From Eledone cirrhosa (taxonomy: Eukaryota), in NCBI GenBank assembly GCA_964016885.1, contig OZ024745.1:118854001-118918000 (forward strand): a stretch of 64,000 nucleotides of DNA. The letters run 5' to 3'. Under the pieces are notes generated by a model. The model was not told the origin of the DNA, did not search any database, and worked only from the letters and a program-made list of their open reading frames with translations. Below are positions 26,896 through 39,229 of the stretch, piece by piece. Each line of letters begins with the position of its first letter. Position 1 is the stretch's first letter. Made by a program: the position numbers and the translations under genes.

Positions 26896-27568
26896 TCTAT
26901 ATATATAAAACTGAGGATGTGTGTGTGTGTGTGTGTGTGCGTGCGTGTGTGCCTGTGTGCGTGTGTGTGTGTGTGTGTGCGTGTGTGTCTGTGAGTTTGA
27001 ATCTCTAAAACTGTTAGTTTGAATCCCTAAAAGTACCCAACCGATATTTTCAAACTTTACATCTATATTACTTATGTTTCAACACTTTGATGTCCTAGAG
27101 CCCGCATTAGGTGAAAAACTGTGTTTTTAAAGATTTTTAGGGTTTCTTTGAGTCGTTACGTCAGACTGATTTCCTTAAAAATTGTAACTATGTATTAGTT
27201 AGTCTCTTCTTCCTACCGTGAACAAAAAAATCCAACTTTTTTATGGCCTAGAGCCTGCATTAGGTGAAAAACTTCATTTTTTCAGCTTTTTGGAGGCGTT
27301 ACGTCTAGCCAATTTTCCCGAAATTACAAGGCATCTTATGCACATAAAAAAAAAATTGATTTTCTTGATCCCCTAGGGCCCGCATTAGGTGAAAACCTGC
27401 ATTTTTCCTGCTTCATCGAGGAAAATCTTAAAGATTATCCAGCCATCAGAGTATTCGGTTTATTTTCTTTACATATTGTCCAGGCATGCAATTTTTCCAC
27501 GATTAGGTCTGTTGGCAGCCCGCGTTCCAAAATACCTTATCCCGTGCAACGCCGGGTACCACTGCTAG
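26896..27568 (+). mobile_element. Non-autonomous Helitron
   Basis: 5' A|TCTATATATATAAAA then (GT)n. 3' hairpin CCCGTGCAACGCCGGG and CTAG|T. Three internal CCTAG.GCC.GCATTAGGTGAAAA repeats. Confidence 0.8.
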
Positions 27569-27940
27569 TATATCATATAAACAGACCGAGAGATACACAC
27601 ACTCACAGATAGATACAAATACACATATACTTCCACACAGAAATCTATAGACATATAACCACACATATTTATGGGAGTTTCTGACCATGGCGATATGAGT
27701 TTTATTGAACAACTAAGGATAAAAAGAAAACCTATTTTATTTTGTTTCATTTTATTTCAGCACTATCTGGAAACCAATTTCAATAAATATTTGAAACAAC
27801 ACAAACGTGTTTTATTAAAATCACATCATGTTTATAGTCACACTCGATCACTAATTCATGTCCATCGATTATACTATTAATGCCACAAATACAAATGTTT
27901 ACTAAAATATACACTGTGTGACTCTATAGAGAATACACTG

Positions 27941-29017
27941 CCTGTTTCTCATTGGATATTCCTAGCCATACTGTTGTACTACCAGTCATCCTGTCTCTCA
28001 TTGGATATTCCTAGCCATACTGTTGTACTACCAGTCACCCTGTCTCTCATTGGCTGTTCCTAGCCATACTGTTGTACTACCAGTCACCCTGTCTCTCATT
28101 GGCTGTTCCTAGCCATACTGTTGTACTACCAGTCACCCTGTCTCTCATTGGCTGTTCCTAACCATACTGTTGTACTACCAGTCACCCTGTCTCTCATTGG
28201 ATATTCCTAGCCATACTGTTGTATTACCAGTCACCCTGTCTCTCTTTGGCTGTTCCTAACCATACTGTTGTACTACCAGTCACCCTGTCTCTCATTGGAT
28301 ATTCCTAACCATACTGTTGTACTACCAGTCACCCTGTCTCTCATTGGATATTCCTAACCATACTGTTGTACTACCAGTCACCCTGTCTCTCATTGGCTGT
28401 TCCTAACCATACTGTTGTACTACCAGTCACCCTGTCTCTCATTGGATATTCCTAGCCATACTGTTGTACTACCAGTCACCCTGTCTCTCATTGGCTGTTC
28501 CTAACCATACTGTTGTACTACCAGTCATCCTGTCTCTCATTGGATATTCCTAGCCATACTGTTGTACTACCAGTCACCCTGTCTCTCATTGGATATTCCT
28601 AGCCATACTGTTGTATTACCAGTCATCCTGTCTCTCATTGGCTGTTCCTAGCCATACTGTTGTACTACCAGTCACCCTGTCTCTCATTGGCTGTTCCTAA
28701 CCATACTGTTGTACTACCAGTCACCCTGTCTCTCATTGGCTGTTCCTAACCATACTGTTGTACTACCAGTCACCCTGTCTCTCATTGGCTGTTCCTAACC
28801 ATACTGTTGTACTACCAGTCACCCTGTCTCTCATTGGCTGTTCCTAATCATACTGTTGTACTACCAGTCACCCTGTCTCTCATTGGCTGTTCCTAGCCAT
28901 ACTGTTGTACTACCAGTCATCCTGTCTCTCATTGGCTGTTCCTAGCCATACTGTTGTACTACCAGTCATCCTGTCTCTCATTGGCTGTTCCTAGCCATAC
29001 TGTTGTACTACCAGTCA
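27941..29017. repeat. 49-bp minisatellite, about 22 copies
   Basis: Unit CCTGTCTCTCATTGG(ATA/CTG)TTCCTA(G/A)CCATACTGTTGTACTACCAGTCA(C/T). Confidence 0.95.
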
Positions 29018-29428
29018 TGTTTCTCAAGATTCTCGGCGGGATTTGAACTCAGAACGTAAAGGGCCGTAACTATGCCCTAAAGCATGCTGTCTGACGCTCT
29101 ACCGATACTGGCAATTCACCGCCTACAAATAATACATATACTTTTTAAAACAGATCGCTTTCTTCTACTTTTATCCGCTCTACCTCTCTTTCTTTGCCCC
29201 CTTCTCTCTTGGTGTCTCTCTCTCCTCTTTTATCTCCCACTATTCACGTTTCTCTCAGTTTTTCTCTCCCGTATCATATTCTCTCTCACCCTCTCTTTCT
29301 ATTCTTTTTTACTTCTCTGGCTATTCGGGAAATAGAGATTGATCTGATAATAGATTGTAGAGGGATCCGGATTCCAGGTTGGACACGTGGAGAGAGACTA
29401 AGGGGAACAAGAATAGTTTCTGCCAATC

Positions 29429-31030
29429 CATGACTTTCCACACACTATATATACAATACAATGACTTTCCACCCACTATATATACAATACTATGTCTTTC
29501 CACCCACTATATATACAATACAATGACTTTCCACCCACTATATATACAATACAATGAATTTCCATCCACTATATATACAATACTATGACTTTTCACCCAC
29601 TATATATACAATACAATGACTTTCCACCCACTATATATACAATACTATGTCTTTCCACCCACTAAATATACAATACAATGACTTTACACCCACTATATAT
29701 ACAATACTATGTCTTTCCACCCACTATATATACAATACAATGACTTTCCACCCACTATATATACAATACTATGACTTTACACCCACTATATATACAATAC
29801 TATGTCTTTCCACCCACTATATATACAATACAATGACTTTACACCCACTATATATACAATACTATGTCTTTCCACCCACTATATATACAATACAATGACT
29901 TTCCACCCACTATATATACAATACAATGTCTTTCCACCCACTATATATACAATACAATGACTTTCTACCCACTATATATACAATACAATGACTTTCCACC
30001 CACTATATATACAATACAATGACTTTCCACCCACTATATATACATTACTATGACTTTCCACCCACTATATATACAATACAATGACTTTCCATCCACTATA
30101 TATACAATACAATGACTTTCCACCCACTATATATACATTACTATGTCTTTCCACCCACTATATATACAATACAATGACTTTCCACCCACTATATATACAT
30201 TACTATGACTTTCCACCCACTATATATACAATACAATGACTTTCCATCCACTATATATACAATACAATGACTTTCCACCCACTATATATACATTACTATG
30301 TCTTTCCACCCACTATATATACAATACAATGACTTTCCACCCACTATATATACAATACTATGTCTTTCCACCCACTATATATACATTACTATGACTTTCC
30401 ACCCACTATATATACAATACTATGTCTTTCCACCCACTATATATACAATACTATGACTTTCCACCCACTATGTATACAATACTATGTCTTTCCACCCACT
30501 ATATATACAATACTATGTCTTTCCACCCACTATATATACATTACTATGACTTTCCACTCACTATATATATACATTACTATGACTTTCCACCCACTATATA
30601 TATACAATACTATGACTTTCCACTCACTATATATACAATACTATGACTTTCCACTCACTATATATACAATACTATGACTTTCCACTCACTATATATACAA
30701 TACTATGACTTTCCACTCACTATATATACATTACTATGACTTTCCACCCACTATATATATACAATACTATGACTTTCCACTCACTATATATACAATACTA
30801 TGACTTTCCACTCACTATATATACAATACTATGACTTTCCACTCACTATATATACAATACTATGACTTTCCACTCACTATATATATACATTACTATGACT
30901 TTCCACCCACTATATATACAATACTATGACTTTCCACTCACTATATATACAATACTATGACTTTCCACTCACTATATATACAATACTATGACTTTCCACA
31001 CAATATATATACATTACTATGACTTTCCAC
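29429..31030. repeat. 31-bp minisatellite, about 50 copies
   Basis: Unit ATGACTTTCCACCCACTATATATACAATAC(T/A) with positional variants. Confidence 0.95.
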
Positions 31031-31153
31031 CTGATTTGGATATCTGGCTGATCAGTGGATCTGCTAATATGCAAATCAGGCCGATCAGTCACAGTGTATT
31101 TTTGAAAATCGCATATATTTTCACTAGCTCTGACAGTTTGGAAGATGAACAGT

Positions 31154-31203
31154 GAGCTGTACTGATGAAAGGTGACACCCTGAAACATTAGTGTCGGCAG
31201 TTC
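31154..31203 (+). ncRNA. Type I hammerhead ribozyme motif
   Basis: GAGCTGTA-CTGATGA-AAGGTGACACCCT-GAAA-CATTAGTG-TC-GGCAGTTC. Near-palindromic helix III, GUC triplet, one mismatch each in helix I and helix II. Confidence 0.75.
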
Positions 31204-31489
31204 TGTTCGCATGCCAACACAAGAGCAAGAATGAAGAGTTCATTCTACTTACATGGCTCTTAAACTGAGGCTTGTTTGCATAATTGCAAACGAATCGAAT
31301 GTTATAATTACAGTTCAAATCCCGCCGAGGTTAACTTTGCCTTTCATCCTTACGGGGTCGATAAAATAAAGTACCAGTAATGCACTGGGGTATTTGCTGG
31401 TCTTGTGCCAATAGTAGAAACAATTATTAATATGTTATTATATTCATTTATTGTATTCAGCCATGGAGAGCGAAACAAGTTTTCTTTTT

Positions 31490-31531
<42 letters not shown>

Positions 31532-31744
31532 AAAAAGAAAACTTATATATACGTACACACAAAAAAAACACAAATATATGCATATGTATATATAAATATA
31601 CACACACACATGTGTATGTATATATATATGTATACACACACATGGGCATATGTATATATATATATACATACATGTATATATATATATGTATGTACACACA
31701 CACACATATGTGTATATTTATATATATATATATATATGTTCACA

Positions 31745-33820
31745 CACACCACACAACACACCACATCACACCGCACCCCACCACACTACACTACATCACA
31801 CTATACCACACCACATCAGACCACACTATCCTACACCACATCAGACCACACCACACTACACTACACCACATCAGACTACACCACACTACACCACACCACA
31901 TCAGACCACACTACACTACACTACACCACACCACATCAGACCACACCACACTACACCACACCACATCAGACCACACCACACTACACCACACCACATCAAA
32001 CCACACCACATCAGACCACACCACACTACACCACACCACACCACATCAGACCACACCACACTACACCACACCACATCATACCACACCACACTACACCACA
32101 CCACATCAGACCACACTACACTACACCACACCACATCAGACCACACCACACTACACCACACCACATCAGACCACACTACACTACACCACACCACACCAGA
32201 CTACACCACACTACACCACACCACATCAGACCACACCACACTACACCACACCACATCAGACCACACTACACTACAACACACCATATCAGACTACACCACA
32301 CTACACCACACCACATCAGACCACACTACACTACACCACACCACATCAGACCACACCACATTACACCCACCACATCAGACCACACCACACTACACCACAC
32401 CACATCAGACCACACTACATTACACCACATCAGATCACACCACATCAGACCACACCACACTACACCACACCACATCAGACCACACTACACTACACCACAT
32501 CAGACCACACTACACTACACCACACCACATCAGACCACACTACACTACACCACACAGCAGACCACACAGCAGACCACACCACACTACATCACACTACACT
32601 ACACCACACCACATCAGACCACACCACACTACACCACATCAGACCACACCACACTACACCACACCACATCAGAGCACACCACACTACACTACACCTCATC
32701 AGACTACACCACACTACACCACACTACATCAGACCACACTACACTACACCACACCACACCACACTACATTACACCACACATCAGACCACACCACACTACA
32801 CCACACTACATCAGAGCACACTACACTACACTACACCACACCACATCAGACCACACTACACTACGCCACACCACATCAGACCACACTACACTACACCACA
32901 CATCAGACCACACCACACTACACCACACATCAGACCACACCACATCAGACCACACCACACTACACCACACCACATCAGACCACACTACATTACACCACAC
33001 CACATCAGACCACACTACACTACACCACACATCAGACCACACCACACTACACCACACTACACTACACCACATCAGACCACACCACACTACACCACACCAC
33101 ATCAGACCACACTACATTACACCACACCACATCAGACCACACTACACTACACCACACATCAGACCACACCACACTACACCACACTACATCAGACCACACT
33201 ACACTACACCACAGTACACACTAACATCACACACAATCATCCCAACACAACACGAACACACACACACACATCTCAACACACATCCCAACACAACACGAAC
33301 ACACACACACTCGCATTTCAACACAACACGAACACACACACACACACATCTCAACACAACACCAACACACACACACACATCCCAACACAACACGAACACA
33401 CACACACACATCCTAACACAACACGAACACACACACACACATATCCCACCACAACACGAACACACACACACATCCTAACACAACACGAACACACACACAC
33501 ACACATCCCACCACAACACGAACACACACACACATCCCAACACAACACGAACACACACACACACATCCCAACACAACACGAAGACACACACACATCCCAA
33601 CACAACACACACACACATCCCAACACAACACGAACACACACACACACATCCTAACACAACACGAACACACACACACACATATCCCACCACAACACGAACA
33701 CACACACACATCCTAACACAACACGAACACACACACACACACATCCCACCACAACACGAACACACACACACATCCCAACACAACACGAACACACACACAC
33801 ACATCCCAACACAACATGAA
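31745..33820. repeat. Pentamer-based CACAC/CACTA/CATCAGAC satellite followed by a CAACACGAA(CA)n satellite
   Basis: Direct reading. It is the source of the 500-750 aa H/T/P ORFs. Confidence 0.95.
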
Positions 33821-34299
33821 CACATAAACTTACACACACGTTCCCCCTCCCTCTCTCTCTATCTATTACACACACACACACACTTCCCACCACAAGACGA
33901 ACACACATAAACTTACACACATGTTCTCCCCCTCTCTCTCTATTACACACACACACACTTCCCACCTCAAGAGGTACACACAATTACACACACGTTCTCT
34001 ATCTCTCTCTCGCTCCCTCTCTCTATTACACACACACACGTCCCCGTCTCAAGACGAACACACATACACAGTTGTAGGTCTCACACGTGTGTAACATACA
34101 GCCATGAGAACTAATTCACCTTGACCTTGTAACGTTCAACACGACCTACTTTCTCTCATCTCGCCCCCATTTTCTCTATTGTATATAATAGCCACACCAC
34201 CTCCGCCTCCACTGCCTTATCAACGTCACCTGACCTAGCTTTTTGACTGCCACTATCATAATAACCATAACTATACCCCGCCTCACCACCACCAAAACT

Positions 34300-35100
34300 A
34301 CCATTACCGAAACACTACCCACCGCACTCCACCCCACCATCACCACTAATACACTACCCCCACCCACCCCACCATCACCACTAATACACTACCCCCACCC
34401 ACCCCACACACACCACCAAAACACTACCCACCCCACACACACCACCATCACCAAAACACTACCCACCCCCACTCCACCATCACCACTAATACACTACCCC
34501 CACCCACCCCACACACACACCACCACCACCAAAACACTACCCACCGCACTCCACCATCACCACTAATACACTACCCCCACCCACCCCACACACACCACCA
34601 CCACCAAAACACTACCCACCCCACTCCACCATCACCACTAATACACTACCCCCACCCACCCCACACACACCACCACCACCAAAACACTACCCACCCCACT
34701 CCACCATCACCACTAATACACTACCCCCACCCACCCCACATACACCACCACCACCAAAACACTACCCACCCCACTCCACCATCACCACTAATACACTACC
34801 CCCACCCACCCCACACACACCACCACCACCAAAACACTACCCACCCCACTCCACCATCACCACTAATACACTACCCCCACCCACCCCACACACACACCAC
34901 CACCACCAAAACACTACCCACCCCACTCCACCATCACCACTAATACACTACCCCCACCCACTCCACACACACACCACCACCACCAAAACACTACCCACCC
35001 CACTCCACCATCACCACAAATACACTACCCCCACCCACCCCACACACACCACCATCACCAAAACACTACCCCCACCCATCACCATCACCACCACCATTAC
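34300..35100. repeat. C/A-rich minisatellite with a unit of about 75 bp
   Basis: CCACCATCACCACTAATACACTACCCCC recurs at 34551, 34626, 34701 and onward. Confidence 0.85.
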
Positions 35101-35689
35101 CAAAACACTACCGCCCTCACCACCACCACCACTACCAGCTGCCATAAGCAAGGACCGTCACTACCACCCTCACCATGATCTCCAATACCACCACCACCAC
35201 CACCACCACCAGGTGCCATACCCACCACCTCCGTCGCCGACGTCACCACCACCACCACCACCAGATGCTATAAGCAATCACCACCACGTCGTCGACGTCA
35301 CCCCTCCGCCCCCCGACCACGATCTCCACACCACCACCACCACCGCCGTCGCCGCCGACGTCACCCCCTCCCCGCCACCACCACCTCCAACATCACCACC
35401 ACCACCACCACCACCACCACCACCACCACCACCACCGCCGACATCATCATACTACCAACATCAACCAACATCAAGTCTATTTACAAACAACATACCCATC
35501 ATCATTATAATCGCTACCAACTCTACCATAATTACAATAACTACTATTAACCCTACCATCAATAACCACGACCACCGACGATAATGTGGTCGTTTGACTT
35601 GCTGGAGATAGCAGTCAAATATCCCTCAAATCACACTCCACTATTTTAAATAAATAAAATATAGGACCATACAGTATGGTATGGTCCTG

Positions 35690-35997
35690 TAACTCCTGAT
35701 AGAATCGTAGGGCGCCATATTGACGGTGTTTCTTGGGTATTTTAAGCCTGGCGGAGCCCATCTCTTCTCCAGGCCTGAGTACAGCAGATTTCTTCCAGAG
35801 AAAGATAGAAAGTGAGAGAGAGGAAATGAGAAAGTGATATAGAGGAAGAATCGACCCCAATACAAGACTGGTACATTTTTATCGACCGCGAACGGATGAA
35901 ATTTAAAGTGGGATTTGAACTCCGAGAGCAGAGAGCCGGAACGAATACCAGAAAGCATTCTATCCGACGTTCTAACCACTCTGCCAATTCGCCGCCT
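35690..35997 (-). mobile_element. SINE, alternative-tail subfamily
   Basis: Head GGCGGCGAATTGGCAGAG, B-box, partial central domain, tail CTGCTGTACTCAGGCCTGGAG. Confidence 0.75.
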
Positions 35998-37454
35998 TAA
36001 AGATACAGCATGAGACCGATATGCAAACAATAAGGAATTGTTATGATCCAGAACATTCTTGATAAGAGGTCTGCTCCATCAAGGTTGACCTAGGTTTAAA
36101 CAATGAAAACAACATTTACTACAGCTACCACAACATCCCCCCACCACAGCATACACCGACAATTGTAAGAAGCCCCACACAAATTAGATTAGTTAATTCT
36201 AGATACAGTAGCCCTGAAAGTTAGAAGTTAGCTTCGTTATCATAAAGTCCTGAGCAAGTGTCTTTACCATAGTCTCGGTTCCGCTCAAGCCTTATGAATG
36301 AATCTTGGCAGACGGAAACAGCGTACAAACCCGTCTGATGGATTGCAGCCGTAATTAAATGTTTTAGCCTTGTCACTTATTGTGTTACGTTGATTCTGTC
36401 TGGGAATTACATTAGAATTGAAACGTTAATTCATGAGCCGGACGTTCAGTTGATTGAACGTCTGAGAGGTTCAACTTAGGAAGTCGTCGGTCGCGGTGAT
36501 CCCAGTTAGAATACCTTTAATCATGGGTCAGCTACGACAACAACAATAACAACTACAAGAACTATCTACGAGCTCATGGTGGAGTCACTATGTTATCGAA
36601 TGTATTGCTAGATATAGCAGCCAAATATTCTTCAACCCACAGCTTATTGTCTTAAAAAAAAGATAGCATAGATCATGTTGAGCCGAGGTATTTTATGGAT
36701 GAAAAAGTAGATGGGATGATCACGGCTTGATTCATTTTGGTATTCGGTCTGCTCGAACAGTGCTGACCTGAAGCTAAAAAACAGCCATCATCACGAACAT
36801 CGACTACATGAACCAAGAAGTAACGAGGAAGCCCCTATGCGGTCACTCGACCTACAAGAAATCGTTGTCAAATCTCCTTCTAATGCCGCCCAATGCTCTT
36901 AAATAGGTTTTCACATACAGGATGAAACAATACTGTAGATAATATACCAAAACATGAGAGCGGTCATGTTTGAATGACAGTCAAAGGAAAATTGTTCCAA
37001 GTATTTTTCTCGGAAAATTAGAACGCCGAGGACAATGGCTAAAAATCTACACGACGTGAGCTTTAAAACTCTTACAAATGTAGCTTCTCAAATGTCTACA
37101 AAATACTGACAAAACCACCACCAAGCAGCTTTTCAAATTACTGCAGAAAGATATACTTTACAGTGAATATAATTTTTTATTTAAGCACAATACCGTCAAT
37201 CTATAGGGAGAGAATGTTGATTGTATCGACCCCTACTTTACTGGCACTTTATTTATCGACCCCTGAATGAGAATACTTGAAACATCGTGATTATATGTTT
37301 TTCTCCTGTCGAGATTATCATTTTTTATTGTCCAAGAGTATCCTGTCACCAGCAAAACCTTCTATATTTAAAAAATGCAAATCTATTTAAATCTCTCTCT
37401 CTTTACAGATCACTCTTGCAAGTATATCATCAAACAATTTATACATCTCACATG

Positions 37455-37532
37455 TATTTAGTCTGAAGAAGGTATGCTCTAATTTATGTTAAACATAATT
37501 TTTTGCATCCCAGAAATATATATAATGAAATA
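37455..37532 (+). ncRNA. Type I hammerhead motif related to 21193-21258
   Basis: TATTTAGT-CTGAAGA-AGGTATGC...GCATCCCA-GAAA-TATATA-TA-ATGAAATA. Helix II sequence differs from the 21.2 kb copy. Confidence 0.6.
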
Positions 37533-37754
37533 AATAGTGATGGTATAAAGTTATATCTTTCGTTTATTACTATTATATATATATATATATATATATATAA
37601 ATTTTGAGTATATGTTGGTTGTTTACCAACACCTCATTATGCAGATTGGAGCACTCGACGAGTTGCGCAGGTTTGTTTGTTTACTCCGGAGTAATGTAAA
37701 ATAATTAAGTCAAATATGTAAAATTTGGCTTCGTTTATTATAAATTATAGATAT

Positions 37755-37808
37755 ACTGCTATATATATTTCAGTGACAGCCATCGTGGCTGTGACCTCTT
37801 CAGGCAGT
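37755..37808 (-). ncRNA. Type I hammerhead ribozyme motif
   Basis: Minus strand ACTGC-CTGAAGA-GGTCACAGCCA-CGA-TGGCTGTCACT-GAAA-TATATA-TA-GCAGT. Perfect 5-bp helix I, 11-bp helix II with one mismatch, palindromic helix III. Confidence 0.8.
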
Positions 37809-38506
37809 CCGAATTGGTGTGGGAAAGACAGGTACACATGTTGTTGAAGTGTGTTTTACTCCATCAATACTCCGATATGTCCAGCTCGTGGTTGCGTTGT
37901 TATTTCTCTGAGGAACTGGAATCATATGAATTAGAACAAACGAATTTCGGCGTCATAGGACACTCTCTCATCCCATTGGTCAGTTGTGAAAACATTCCTC
38001 AGTCAAAGGTCTATAGAAATTTTTCTGAGGCAAGACAACCTGTTGTAGTTATTTTTGTTTAAGTACAGCTGACCTCCTCCATTGTGTTGCTAGTGGTAGT
38101 GGTGTTAAGGGGTCAGCTGGCAGGTCAGCTTTGGTTTGCTGCTGCTATGTTCAGAAGAATTTGTGTGTGGGTTGGCATCTATCCTGCCACCATTTCACGT
38201 GGTGGGGAGTGCCAAACAAATAAAAAAATAAAATGCGTGTGTTACAACCAATATCAAAATTTGATATATATATATTTATTTATATAGTTATGTAATAAAC
38301 ATCATAAGTTCATTATTTACCAGTGGTTTCTTGAAAGCAAACACATTTGCTTTCAGTCATCAGAATGTAAAAATCCTGGTGTTTGTTTGCTTTCAAGAAA
38401 CTACTGGTAAATGAAATAATTATCTTATGTTGTTTATTACATAACTAATAAGCTCTGTAACCTACCTAGAGCACTCTTTTTTCCTGGACCTTTCCGACGG
38501 AATTAC

Positions 38507-38566
<60 letters not shown>

Positions 38567-39229
38567 TGTGTATGTGTGAGTGTGTGTGTGTGTGTGTATG
38601 AGTGTGTGTGTGAGTGTGCGTGTGCGTGTATCTGTGTGAGTGTGTGAGTGTGTGTGTGTGTGTGTATCAGTGTGTGTGAGTGTGTGTGTGTGAGTATCTG
38701 TGTGTGTGTGTGTATCTGTGTGAGTGAGCCTGTGTGTTTATCTGTGTGTGTGTGTGTGTGTATCTGTCTGTGTGTGTGTATCTGTGTATGTGTGTGTGTG
38801 TGTGTCTGTGTGTGAGTGGGTGTATCTCTGTGTGAGTGCGTGTGCGAGTGTGTATGTGTGTACCTGTGTATGTGTATATGTGTGTGTGAGTGTGTGTGTA
38901 TCAGTGTGTGTAAGTGTATGGGTGTGTATCTGTGTATCTGTGTGTGTGTGTTTGAGTGTGTGCGTGTGTGTGTGAGTGCGGTGTCTCTGTTGGAGTGTCA
39001 AGAATGTACTATTTGTTCATCGACTTTCATTACACATTAAAGGAAAACTATTTAGATGTTATGTAAGAATTTTTACATAAATATATGTGTGTATATATAT
39101 ATATATATATAACTATATATATATATGCGTATATATATATGTGTATGTATATATATATATATATATATGTATGTGTATGTAAATATATATGTGTGTATGT
39201 ATATATATATATATATATATGGGTGTTAA

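Noticed and set aside
31405-33654. 749, 675 and 524 aa H/T/P-rich ORFs
   Set aside because: Open in all three frames over a CA-rich pentamer satellite that lacks stop codons, so this is not evidence of a gene.
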